Below the pieces are notes generated by a model. That model was given only the letters and a program-made list of their open reading frames with translations, was not told the origin of the DNA and ran no database searches. Position numbers and translations under genes: made by a program. Shown piece by piece: positions 1 to 8,749 of a DNA stretch of 64,000 bases (the stretch's first letter is position 1; every line of letters begins with the position of its first letter). The DNA lies in NCBI GenBank assembly GCA_041659325.1, contig JBAZYN010000001.1, positions 238,819-302,818 of the forward strand, read 5' to 3'. Source of the stretch: Candidatus Shapirobacteria bacterium (GTDB lineage: Bacteria; Patescibacteriota; Microgenomatia; UBA12405).

Positions 1-1
1 A

Positions 2-595
2 AACCAACTAGAAGCTCTAACATATATTACTACAGGTTGGCACAACCTTTCTAATCTCTTTGAAAGTACAAATTTACCCGAAGACCAAACCAGCAGTGCC
101 ATAAATGGTCTGAAAATTGTCCTAGAGCCATATTTTCCCAAACTAAGAAACCTAAATCGGATCGAATGTTTCGATATCTCCCAAATGGGTACAAATCATT
201 TTGTTGGTGCCATGGCTGTTTTTGAAGACGGAAAGCAAAGATTTGACCAGTATCGTAAATTTAAAATCTATTCCAAAGTTACTCCCGACGACCAGTTTAT
301 GATGAAAGAAATTGTTTTTCGTCGTCTAAAACACCCCGAATGGGGAACCCCCGACCTAATTGTTGTCGACGGAGGCAAACCGCAAGTCTCTTCCTGTCTC
401 ACCCTCACCGATACCCCATTATTTGGAATCGCCAAAAAACTTGAGACGATTACTATCAAGACACCCCAAAGCTGGATTGAAATCAATTTACCAAAAAACT
501 CCAACTCCCTTAAGCTCCTTCAAAACCTACGAAACGAAGCCCATCGATTTGCTAATAGATATCGAAAAGAATTAATGCAAAAATCAATTATATGA
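2..595 (+). CDS. uvrC: Excinuclease ABC subunit C (UvrC), C-terminal part; 5' end lies outside the window
   Basis: The reading frame is open from position 2. Its translation contains 'RIECFDISQMG', 'DLIVVDGGKPQV', 'LFGIAKK' and 'LQNLRNEAHRFANRYRK', which match the UvrC endonuclease-domain motifs IECFDISH, ILIDGGKGQL and IRDEAHRFA. The ORF stops about 10 aa after EAHRFA, so the C-terminal (HhH)2 domain is absent. Confidence 0.8.
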   Translation, partial: NQLEALTYITTGWHNLSNLFESTNLPEDQTSSAINGLKIVLEPYFPKLRNLNRIECFDISQMGTNHFVGAMAVFEDGKQRFDQYRKFKIYSKVTPDDQFMMKEIVFRRLKHPEWGTPDLIVVDGGKPQVSSCLTLTDTPLFGIAKKLETITIKTPQSWIEINLPKNSNSLKLLQNLRNEAHRFANRYRKELMQKSII

Positions 596-1269
596 AAATC
601 TCAGTAATTGTTCCTTGCTACAACGACGGTAAATACATTAATCACGTAATAGACCAATTAAGAAAATCAAAATTTGTCGGTGAAATAATTGTTGTCGACG
701 ATGATTCCGGTCAGGAAACAAAAAATCTTCTGCAAAAAATTAAAGGTATTAATCTGATTACTAATACCCGAAACATCGGTAAATCAAAAACTCTAAAAAA
801 AGGAGTTTTGGCCTCTAAATTCGATTATGTTGCTTTTATTGATAGTGACCTAACTGGTTTTACCTCACGTCACTTTGAAAGCCTCGTTAAACCGGTTCTA
901 GAAAATGTCTGCGACATTACTACCAGTGTCCGCGGAAAAGAAGCCTGGTATGGTATCCTTTCCGGATTTTCCATTGCCTACACCGGTGAAAGAGCAATGA
1001 AAAGAGAATTAATGACGAAAAACATCGATCTCTTTAACAATCATGGTTATATTATCGAGGCAGAATTTAATCGCCGATTTTTGGGTAAGACCCGAATGAA
1101 GGGGATCCTTTGGTCCGAAGTTGGACAACACGGTCAACCTGAAAAAAACGGTCTTCGTGGGTGGTTAGTCAACGGGCGCCAAGTAACTTCTTACCTCAAA
1201 TATCTTGGCCCCTTTGAGATGCTTCGACAACTTGTTCTTGTTAAGCTCCCGTCATACGTTCTAAACTAG
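592..1269 (+). CDS. Family 2 glycosyltransferase (GT-A fold)
   Basis: The N-terminus 'MKISVIVPCYNDGKYI' is followed by 'IIVVDDDSGQET', and the acidic 'FIDSDL' plays the role of the DxD motif. The start overlaps the uvrC stop as ATGA. Confidence 0.7.
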   Translation: MKISVIVPCYNDGKYINHVIDQLRKSKFVGEIIVVDDDSGQETKNLLQKIKGINLITNTRNIGKSKTLKKGVLASKFDYVAFIDSDLTGFTSRHFESLVKPVLENVCDITTSVRGKEAWYGILSGFSIAYTGERAMKRELMTKNIDLFNNHGYIIEAEFNRRFLGKTRMKGILWSEVGQHGQPEKNGLRGWLVNGRQVTSYLKYLGPFEMLRQLVLVKLPSYVLN

Positions 1270-2393
1270 GCCAGTAACTCTTTCATTTTATCCAATCCTG
1301 CTTTAGCGCGGTCTCCTTCAAAATGTTTCCTTGCTGGTTCCAATTTATCAATCAACCAGTCGCTTAAGGCATTTTTTAAATCTAGCGGAAATAGCTTTTC
1401 TCTCTCATAATCAGCAATCAATTCTCCAACGCTAGTATAGATAACATCTCCGCCAAATCTCTCCGGCCGATTTACCCTAAATTCACCGTTCTCCTGTCCC
1501 CAAAAGACCAACGACTCCACCCAATTGATTATCGGATTAAATCTAATTTCTTTTGGCGGGCCATAAGCTTTTTTCACCTTACCCCTAATTTCGTCAGGTG
1601 TATCGTGAATAAATACTGCAGAATTTGGCTTTGACTTACTCATCTTAAGGTCGATAGCCACCTCTTCGGCTTCTTGTTTTAAATCAACTGATTCCGGCCC
1701 GACTAATCCGGCAATTAGATTTTGGTGTAAAGCAATCGGAGCAATTACTTTACCCAACTTATTTTTTAGGGGGTTTATGGTCAATTTTTCTGCAACTTGT
1801 CTGGCTACCACGTGGGCTTTCCTCTGATCCATCCCGGCATGTGCCAAATTTACCCCCATCGTAAATATATCCGCTACCTGTAACGGTGGATAGAAAAGAG
1901 TTGCCATATCGACATCATTTCCCTGTTTTTTACCCATAATCGAAATAGACCTCAAGTTACGTGAAAGCGTTACATGCTTCCCCACCTCCATAAAGGTTTC
2001 CCAATGTTTTAAATTATTCTCGTATAGTTCTTTGCCGCTGATAAACTCAACCTGCCCCTCGTCAACTCCATGGCATTTCAAGGAAGCAATCAACGCCTGT
2101 TTAAAATAATTCTCCGAGGCCCACCGAATATCATCCCATTTCCCACCGAGCTTATTATTTAAAAATGTGTGGAAATCAGCCAAAAATACTTTGCACTTGA
2201 CACCGGCTTTCAAAAAGTCAGCAATTTTCCCCATCGACAAAAAACCGGTTCCCAAGTGGACCATGCCGGATATTTCAAATCCTATGTAATGCGTCAGAGG
2301 AGTATCTGTATCCATTAAACCTTTCAATTCATCAATCACCAGTACTTCCTGGCAGTTTCTTGTTATCAGTTCAATTTTTTCTTGTATATCCAT
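1266..2393 (-). CDS. tyrS: Tyrosyl-tRNA synthetase, archaeal/eukaryotic type (class I)
   Basis: 'GFEISGMVHLGTG' is a HIGH-like motif comparable to archaeal 'GFEPSGKIHLGH'. 'YPPLQVADI...GMDQRKAHVVAR' resembles 'YPIMQVNDI...GMEQRKIHMLAR', and 'KMSKSKP' is the KMSKS motif. The length of 375 aa fits the short archaeal-type TyrRS. Confidence 0.75.
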   Translation of the reverse strand: MDIQEKIELITRNCQEVLVIDELKGLMDTDTPLTHYIGFEISGMVHLGTGFLSMGKIADFLKAGVKCKVFLADFHTFLNNKLGGKWDDIRWASENYFKQALIASLKCHGVDEGQVEFISGKELYENNLKHWETFMEVGKHVTLSRNLRSISIMGKKQGNDVDMATLFYPPLQVADIFTMGVNLAHAGMDQRKAHVVARQVAEKLTINPLKNKLGKVIAPIALHQNLIAGLVGPESVDLKQEAEEVAIDLKMSKSKPNSAVFIHDTPDEIRGKVKKAYGPPKEIRFNPIINWVESLVFWGQENGEFRVNRPERFGGDVIYTSVGELIADYEREKLFPLDLKNALSDWLIDKLEPARKHFEGDRAKAGLDKMKELLA

Positions 2394-2474
2394 GGCTTAT
2401 TATAGTTTGAACTAAACTATTTGTCATTTTTTGATAAGTTCCCGCGCCCAAACTTTTCCAACTCAGCCCAAATA

Positions 2475-3200
2475 TTAATTGACCCTCTGGGCAAACACCA
2501 ACAGTCGCTTCCAGTCCGTCCCTATTGGCCAACAAGTCTGGAGAATCACTACTTCTTTTTCAGGGTCATTATATTTCAAATACTCAACTTCACCGGCAGA
2601 TACTACTTTTTTATCATATACCATATAGATATAAGAATTACCCGAATATCTAATCAAAAATTGATCCTCGTTTGTTAATTCACCCAATAGGTAGAACACG
2701 GCATTTTTCCTAACCATATCAAAGCCTTGCTGCGTTGAGTGAGCGAATATATAAGTCATATTGCCTGCTCCCGAACCCGGTGGGCTAGTATCTTTTGCCT
2801 GAGCCACCACATTGTTTTCCAAAACCCTTAGATACTCTGTTTTATCAAAAGGAGAAACACTCGCAATTACCTGTGATTCAGCCATAATCTTTGGTATTGA
2901 AATCAGATATTCCGAATCAATATACGCCGTAACCCCCACCCCCGGAGTCGGTGAGACGCTATAGGGTGGTGTTTGGTCTACCACCTGCTGAAACCCACGT
3001 GAAGCAAGATAATATCTTCCGGAAGCATATAGTATAGGCCAGTATAAATACACCAAAATTCCTGACGCTATAAAAAACAAAAAGTTACCAAAATAAAAAA
3101 CCATTTTCTTAGGTAATGGAGGATTGCTATAAATTACCCCCTTATTGGACCTAATCAGTACCCTTCGTTTTTTAGGAGTTACCTTAAAAAAATCAATCAT
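2475..3200 (-). CDS. Sortase-family transpeptidase (membrane anchored)
   Basis: There is an N-terminal TM segment. 'IFAHS' supplies a His and 'VILQTCWP' supplies the TLxTC catalytic Cys. A downstream Arg is present. Size and architecture fit class A/E sortases. Confidence 0.55.
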   Translation of the reverse strand: MIDFFKVTPKKRRVLIRSNKGVIYSNPPLPKKMVFYFGNFLFFIASGILVYLYWPILYASGRYYLASRGFQQVVDQTPPYSVSPTPGVGVTAYIDSEYLISIPKIMAESQVIASVSPFDKTEYLRVLENNVVAQAKDTSPPGSGAGNMTYIFAHSTQQGFDMVRKNAVFYLLGELTNEDQFLIRYSGNSYIYMVYDKKVVSAGEVEYLKYNDPEKEVVILQTCWPIGTDWKRLLVFAQRVN

Positions 3201-3351
3201 TAGTCTATTCTATCGATAGTTACTCGATTTGACAAAAGCAGAATGCTCCTTTAATATATCATCCTATGCAGCTGAAAACCGCGCTAAGCATAAATAAAAC
3301 CCGACTTTCTAGCCGGAGCATTGCTCTGTTATCATCTGCAAATTTTATTTG

Positions 3352-3420
3352 CCTCTCCTTTTAACTTAGGGTTTCGAAAATCCGCGAACCCCTAACGACA
3401 TACACAGAGAGGTTTTTTTT
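3352..3420 (+). terminator. Hairpin plus T8 run in the tyrS/sortase-greA intergenic region (terminator-like or 3' end of a small RNA)
   Basis: CCTCTCC (3352-3358) pairs with AGAGAGG (3406-3412). Inside it lies an inner GGGTT/AACCC stem at 3369-3391. T8 at 3413-3420 follows immediately. Confidence 0.3.
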
Positions 3421-3438
3421 GGCGTTTAATTAAAAAAT

Positions 3439-3903
3439 ATGACAAACAAAACACTACTAACCCAATCGGGTTTCAACCAGTTGAGTCAGGAGTTATTAAA
3501 TCTAAAACAAAAAGAGGAACATCTTGTAACCCAAATCGAAGAGGTGGCCCAGCCTGATGAATCAGGTGAAGATGGTTTGGCCACTCAACTTAAAGAAGAG
3601 CTCGAACTTGTATCCGGAAAAATAGAAAATCTCGAAGAAGCTTTGGAAATGTCTCAAATCATAAACGGAAAAACTCCAAAAAATGGCGTCGTTCAAATTG
3701 GCTCAAAGGTAAAAATTAAAATTTCCGGTAAAAAAGAATTAGAATTTAATATTGTCAGCCATCTTGAAGCAGACCCAAATCAAAACAAAATATCCGACCA
3801 ATCACCGCTTGGCCAAGCGTTAATTGGTTGCAAAATTCACGACGAGGTAGAAATTGAAGCCCCGATCGGCAAGCTAACATACAAAATCATCTCCATTAGT
3901 TAA
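3439..3903 (+). CDS. greA: Transcription elongation factor GreA
   Basis: An N-terminal coiled-coil is followed by the C-terminal 'ISDQSPLGQALIGCKIHDEVEIEAPIGKLTYKIISI', which corresponds to the GreA FKBP-like domain motif. Confidence 0.8.
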   Translation: MTNKTLLTQSGFNQLSQELLNLKQKEEHLVTQIEEVAQPDESGEDGLATQLKEELELVSGKIENLEEALEMSQIINGKTPKNGVVQIGSKVKIKISGKKELEFNIVSHLEADPNQNKISDQSPLGQALIGCKIHDEVEIEAPIGKLTYKIISIS

Positions 3904-3921
3904 TCTCGTGTAAAATTAATT

Positions 3922-6102
3922 ATGTCGGATGAAAAGCTAAACGATCTCCAGAAACAGCGCCTGGACAAATTCAAAAAATTACAGGACTCCGGAATCAATC
4001 CCTATCCGCAACCGAACCTCAAAACTAAACAAAGCTGTTCTGAGGTCTTAACAATGTTAGGCTCAAAAGTTACCGTTGCCGGTCGTCTCATGTCGCTTCG
4101 TGGCCACGGCCGTATCCTTTTCGCCGATTTACATGATCGCACCGGAAAAATTCAGCTTTTCTTTCAGGAAAAAATACTCGGCACCGAAAAGATTAAACAA
4201 ACCGAGCTCCTTGACTTAGGTGACATTATTTGTGCCTCAGGGGAGGTTATAAAAACTCAGGCAGGAGAGCTTACCATAAACGTTGACTCATTTGAACTGT
4301 TGGCAAAAAATCTTCGCCCTCTTCCTGAAAAATGGCACGGCCTCAAAGACATCGAAGATCGTTACCGCCAACGGTACGTTGATCTGATTATGAATCCTGA
4401 TATCCAAAAAGTTTTTGAAATCAGAACAAAAATACTCACTGAAATCAGGCACTTTTTAGACAACCGTGGATTTCAGGAAGTAGAAACCCCCGTCCTGCAG
4501 CCGGTTTATGGCGGCGCCTCCGCAAAACCATTTATCACCCACCACAATACTCTGGATATGGATATGTATCTTAGAATTTCTGACGAACTTTATCTAAAAA
4601 GACTGATCGTTGGTGGATTGGAAAAAGTCTATGAAGTCAGCCGCGATTTTAGAAACGAGGGAGTTTCCCGCTTTCACAATCCTGAATTTACCCAAATTGA
4701 GTTTTACTGGGCATATGTTGATTATGAGGTCTTAATGACATTCACAGAAGAATTAATCACCCATGTTATTAAATTAATCAAAGGCAACCTATCTTTTTCT
4801 TTCCAAGGACAAGACTTAGACTTTTCCCCTCCTTTCAAACGGCTTACTTTCAGAGACGCAATTTTTGATAAAACTCAGATAGACATTGACACTATTGACT
4901 CAATTGACCTGTTCAAAAAAATAATCAAAGACAAGAAATTAAAAGTCGATTTAAAAAATGTAATCGGAATTGGCGAGTGTTTTGACGTTTTGTACAAAGA
5001 ACATGTCCGTCCGTATATCATTCAACCAACATACATTACCGACTATCCCGCCGCCATGATTGCCCTTGCCAAAAGAAAAGAAAACGATCCTGAAAAGATC
5101 GCTTCCTTTCAGCTTCTCGCCGCCGGTACCGAGCTTCTAAAGGCCTACAATGAGCTAAATGACCCCAAGGACCAATATAATCGTTGGCTAGAAGAAGAAG
5201 CCCTTACAGAAAAAGGCAGTGAAATTGCCATGCAGATGGACAAAGATTATATTCGCGCCCTGGAATACGGCATGCCCCCCACGGCTGGATGGGGAATGGG
5301 TATAGACCGCTTCTCTCAATTTTTAACCGATCAGCCTACCATCAAAGACGTCATCTTCTTCCCGTCTATGAAAAACGAAGATGGCTCTCTCTCTAAGATT
5401 AATAACAAAGTATCTCCTGAATCTCATCCTCAATATCTTATCGACAAAAAACTACTCGAAGCCTATCCCTCCATTAAAACCGGCATCGCCATTATTGAAG
5501 GAGTTAGTGTTCAAAAAAGCAACGTCGAGTTGGATAAATTAAAGGAGATCACAGCTAAGAAATACAAAAACTATTCTTTAGATGACATTGATAAAATTTC
5601 ATCCATTCAAGCCTACAGAAAATTCTTCAGATCATTTGGAGTTGATCCGGCTTCTCGCCATCCATCGCCCGACGCTCTCCTTCGTCGCCTAATTTCAAAA
5701 AAAGGATTATATAATATCAACACCCTGGTTGATGCTTATAACGTCGCTAGTCTTGAAACTAACTTAGGCATGAGTGCTATGGACATGGCCCACCTTAATT
5801 TCCCCGTCACCCTTCGTTTCTCCCAGTCTGGTGAAAAGATTGTTCTCCTTGGAGGCGAAGAAACCAAAACCACTAAAACCGGAGAAGTTGTTTATGCCGA
5901 TAATCAGGGTTTAATCACTCTGGACCTAAATTATCGTGACTGCGACAAAACTAAAATAACTTCACAAACCAAAAATGTTCTACTTTACGTTGACGGTTGC
6001 CCGGGGATTTCTAGCCAAGAAATTGCTAACGCTCTGGAACGGGAAATTGAACTAATTCAAAAATTTTGCGGAGGGATAGTTACATTTAAAGAAATTATCT
6101 AG
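3922..6102 (+). CDS. lysS: Lysyl-tRNA synthetase (class II) fused to a C-terminal B3/4-type tRNA-binding domain
   Basis: The first ~490 aa carry class II LysRS motifs ('FRNEGVSRFHNPEFTQIEFYWAY', 'GMPPTAGWGMGIDRF'). The C-terminal ~230 aa ('YRKFFRSFGVDPASRHPSPDALLRRL...NTLVDAYNVASLETNLGMSAMD') resemble the B3/4 domain of PheT and of standalone B3/4 proteins. Confidence 0.8.
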   Translation: MSDEKLNDLQKQRLDKFKKLQDSGINPYPQPNLKTKQSCSEVLTMLGSKVTVAGRLMSLRGHGRILFADLHDRTGKIQLFFQEKILGTEKIKQTELLDLGDIICASGEVIKTQAGELTINVDSFELLAKNLRPLPEKWHGLKDIEDRYRQRYVDLIMNPDIQKVFEIRTKILTEIRHFLDNRGFQEVETPVLQPVYGGASAKPFITHHNTLDMDMYLRISDELYLKRLIVGGLEKVYEVSRDFRNEGVSRFHNPEFTQIEFYWAYVDYEVLMTFTEELITHVIKLIKGNLSFSFQGQDLDFSPPFKRLTFRDAIFDKTQIDIDTIDSIDLFKKIIKDKKLKVDLKNVIGIGECFDVLYKEHVRPYIIQPTYITDYPAAMIALAKRKENDPEKIASFQLLAAGTELLKAYNELNDPKDQYNRWLEEEALTEKGSEIAMQMDKDYIRALEYGMPPTAGWGMGIDRFSQFLTDQPTIKDVIFFPSMKNEDGSLSKINNKVSPESHPQYLIDKKLLEAYPSIKTGIAIIEGVSVQKSNVELDKLKEITAKKYKNYSLDDIDKISSIQAYRKFFRSFGVDPASRHPSPDALLRRLISKKGLYNINTLVDAYNVASLETNLGMSAMDMAHLNFPVTLRFSQSGEKIVLLGGEETKTTKTGEVVYADNQGLITLDLNYRDCDKTKITSQTKNVLLYVDGCPGISSQEIANALEREIELIQKFCGGIVTFKEII

Positions 6103-6114
6103 TTTCTGTAATTC

Positions 6115-6459
6115 ATGTCTATCCAAAAAATTGATCACACTTTTTCAGAGTCAGATTTATCAGAACTAACCACCTTTTTCCCTGATTATGTCAAATTAGT
6201 CGCAGATATTGATAAAAACATCCTCTATGGTGGATCCGAGTTTCACGCTGATATAGAAAAAATTTTGCTAGATCAAGGATCTATCCAGGCTTCTCTTTGG
6301 GGAGGGGGAGTCCACACTAAAACTAAAAAAATCGACTGTTTAGCAATTATCAATATTCGACCGGGAATTAATCCTGATCCTAATATCTTAGATTCAAAAA
6401 TACGGGATAAGTTTCTCAAAATTGTTAAGCTTTATTTTCCTGACTATAATTATGGATAG
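6115..6459 (+). CDS. Hypothetical protein
   Basis: A 114-aa ORF with compact spacing after lysS. I recognise no family. Confidence 0.4.
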   Translation: MSIQKIDHTFSESDLSELTTFFPDYVKLVADIDKNILYGGSEFHADIEKILLDQGSIQASLWGGGVHTKTKKIDCLAIINIRPGINPDPNILDSKIRDKFLKIVKLYFPDYNYG

Positions 6460-6721
6460 AGACAAAATTGAGTTATTTAATGTTTGTTCTGACCTCCGTC
6501 GGGCAATTATTGATTTAACCAGTAACCCAACCCAATCACCGGAGAACAACCATTTCATCCAAAACATCACCAATAACTTCCCTCGCTTGATAAAAATTGA
6601 CCCAAATATTAGCCATTATATAAAGCCATCCCAATTAAAAAACGACCATCTTCCCAATCGTCTTTTTGCAGAAAATTTATTAATGGCTAGCCTTCGCTTA
6701 CAACGTTATCTAGGTTATTAA
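6452..6721 (+). CDS. Hypothetical small protein (the ORF track starts it at 6422; an internal ATG at 6452 overlapping the upstream stop as ATGGATAG is more plausible)
   Basis: The ORF 'MDRDKIELFNVCSDLRRAIIDL...' shows no recognisable motifs. Confidence 0.3.
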   Translation: MDRDKIELFNVCSDLRRAIIDLTSNPTQSPENNHFIQNITNNFPRLIKIDPNISHYIKPSQLKNDHLPNRLFAENLLMASLRLQRYLGY

Positions 6722-6722
6722 T

Positions 6723-7322
6723 ATGCCTAATAGTCGCAAACCCTATTACGAAGCCGTCAAATCAATTCTTGAAACAAACATCTTCTACCATTCTTTAGCT
6801 CTTGAAGCCTGCATGGGTGGAATCTACGACTATCTCTCTTCTCAAAACCGGCTCAATCCGTTCGAACCGCCTAAAGACGATTGGCTTTTGGCCGGATTAA
6901 TTCACGATATTGACTATACACCTGAAATGAAAGACACCCATCCATCAAAAACCAATGAGGCTCTCTCAAAAAACGGTCTTTCGGTCTCTGACAACATCCT
7001 CCAGATAGTAAAAGCTCATGGGTGGCACTACCCCGGCGGAGTAGAACCCGAATCTTTTGCTCAATGGGCAATCTATTGTGCCGACAGTTTAACCGGTCTT
7101 ATTATTGCCGTTGCTCTGGTTTACCCCTCAAGAAAACTTTCAGACGTCAAAACGTCTTCCGTCCTAAAACGTTTTCTGAAAGAACCTAAGTTCGCAGCCG
7201 GCACCAGAAGAGAAGAAGTCAAATTATGTGAATTAGAAACTGGCTTAAACATTCCCCTGGAAAAATTTATCGAGATCTGTTTAACCTCAATGCAAAAGAT
7301 TGCCTCAGATATCGGTCTTTAG
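6723..7322 (+). CDS. HD-domain phosphohydrolase (YfbR/5'-nucleotidase-like)
   Basis: The pattern is H...H, then 'LLAGLIHDIDY' (the HD motif), then later 'KAHGWH' and 'CADSL' (a downstream Asp). Confidence 0.55.
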   Translation: MPNSRKPYYEAVKSILETNIFYHSLALEACMGGIYDYLSSQNRLNPFEPPKDDWLLAGLIHDIDYTPEMKDTHPSKTNEALSKNGLSVSDNILQIVKAHGWHYPGGVEPESFAQWAIYCADSLTGLIIAVALVYPSRKLSDVKTSSVLKRFLKEPKFAAGTRREEVKLCELETGLNIPLEKFIEICLTSMQKIASDIGL

Positions 7323-7409
7323 ATTAAATGATATACTCTGATATATTTATTAACTGCGATGATTCTACGGGTATTTATACAAAATTTTCTGTTAAAATAA
7401 TCCTATCAA

Positions 7410-8672
7410 ATGATCGATATTAATTTAGTCCGCCTAAGCCCTGAAATTGTAAGAAAAAACCTCATCCGGCGGCAAAAAGACCCAAAACTTCTTGATGATG
7501 TCGTTGCCATTGATGTCCAATACCGAAAAGTACTTCAGGAAGTTGAAGAATTAAGGGCAAAACAAAATTCCATCAACCGTGAAATCAAGGGGAAACCAAC
7601 CGATGAGCAACTAAAATCAGCAACTACCATTAAAGACCAATTAAAAGGTCTTGAAACCGCCCTCACAGGCTTCGAAAACCAGCTAAATAATGTTTTAGAA
7701 CTTTTACCAAACATGATAGCTAGCGATGTCCCCGACGGCAAAGACGACCAGGACAATGTGGTATTCAAAGAAATCGGAACTATCCCAAAATTTGATTTTA
7801 AACCCCTTGATCACGTAGATTTGGGAGAAAAACTAGACATTATCGATATTCCCCGCGCCTCAAAGATATCCGGCTCGCGATTTGGATATTTCAAAGGAAA
7901 GGGTGCGGTTTTAGAAATGGCAGTTATGTTTTACGCTTTCAGAAAATTAATCGATAAGGGTTTTACCGGCATGATCCCCCCGACCATGGTAAAAAGTTCT
8001 ACCGAATGGAAATGCGGCTATACCAGCAATCAAAATTTATTCAACGCTAGTTATTCCATTCCCGAAGACGACTTAATCTTTATCTCAAGCTCTGAGCACT
8101 CAGTTGTCCCATACCACATGGACGAAATCCTGGATGCAAATAAACTGCCGATTAAATACGTTAATTTCTCTCCCTGTTTCCGCCGTGAATCAGGTACCTA
8201 TGGCAAAGATACCCGGGGGCTTTTCCGGGTTCATTTTTTCAACAAAGTTGAAATGAATATCTTCACTTTACCCGACTACAAAATTTCAGATGCCATGTGC
8301 GAAGAAATGCTTGCCATCGAAGAAGAAATTATGCAGGAGCTAGGAATTGCCTATCGCGTCATGAAGTGTTGCGCCGGTGATTTACCTCAACCCAACCGAA
8401 GGATGTACGACATCAATTCGTGGTTTCCCGGCCAAAACGCTTTCAGAGAAACCCAATCATGCAGTAACTGCGGGGATTATCAGGCCCGTCGCCTAAACAC
8501 CAAAACAAAAATCAACAATAAAAATGAGTTGGTGCATATCCTCAACGCAACCGTGATCACAGACCGAGCCGTATTGGCCATTATCGAAAATTTTCAGCAG
8601 AAAGACAACAGTATCCTTATCCCAAAAGTCCTACAACCATTTACAAATTTTAACATTATTAAACCCAATTAA
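7410..8672 (+). CDS. serS: Seryl-tRNA synthetase
   Basis: An N-terminal coiled-coil arm is present. Class II motif 2 is 'FRRESGTYGKDTRGLFRVHFFNKVEM', and motif 3 is 'ETQSCSNCGDYQARRL'. Confidence 0.85.
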   Translation: MIDINLVRLSPEIVRKNLIRRQKDPKLLDDVVAIDVQYRKVLQEVEELRAKQNSINREIKGKPTDEQLKSATTIKDQLKGLETALTGFENQLNNVLELLPNMIASDVPDGKDDQDNVVFKEIGTIPKFDFKPLDHVDLGEKLDIIDIPRASKISGSRFGYFKGKGAVLEMAVMFYAFRKLIDKGFTGMIPPTMVKSSTEWKCGYTSNQNLFNASYSIPEDDLIFISSSEHSVVPYHMDEILDANKLPIKYVNFSPCFRRESGTYGKDTRGLFRVHFFNKVEMNIFTLPDYKISDAMCEEMLAIEEEIMQELGIAYRVMKCCAGDLPQPNRRMYDINSWFPGQNAFRETQSCSNCGDYQARRLNTKTKINNKNELVHILNATVITDRAVLAIIENFQQKDNSILIPKVLQPFTNFNIIKPN

Positions 8673-8694
8673 TTTAGCTTAGAGGAGCCACCCT

Positions 8695-8742
8695 CCCCGT
8701 TTTCCGTCTGTCATAAGCCGGAAAATCGGGGTTGGTTTTTTT
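8695..8742 (+). terminator. Rho-independent terminator after serS
   Basis: The stem CCCCGTTTTCCG (8695-8706) pairs with CGGAAAATCGGGG (8719-8731) around a 12-nt loop. TTGGTTTTTTT follows. Confidence 0.55.
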
Positions 8743-8749
8743 ATAAACT

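Noticed and set aside
268-504. Numerous short minus-strand and out-of-frame ORFs of 60-130 aa in the track, including 268..504, 7535..7768, 9886..10170, 16554..16949 and 32719..32901
   Set aside because: Each lies inside a longer ORF with clear family motifs on the other strand or in another frame. They are shadow ORFs.
2421-2678. 85-aa plus-strand ORF
   Set aside because: It lies entirely within, and antisense to, the well-supported sortase gene. It is low-complexity and phenylalanine-rich, and I consider it a spurious ORF.
3269-3340. 72-nt stretch whose ends (GCAGCTG...CATCTGC) could pair 6/7 like a tRNA acceptor stem
   Set aside because: Once positions are assigned there is no T-arm (no GTTCRANYC-like loop) and no D-arm complementarity, and the internal stems do not form a cloverleaf. 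I treat it as coincidental complementarity.
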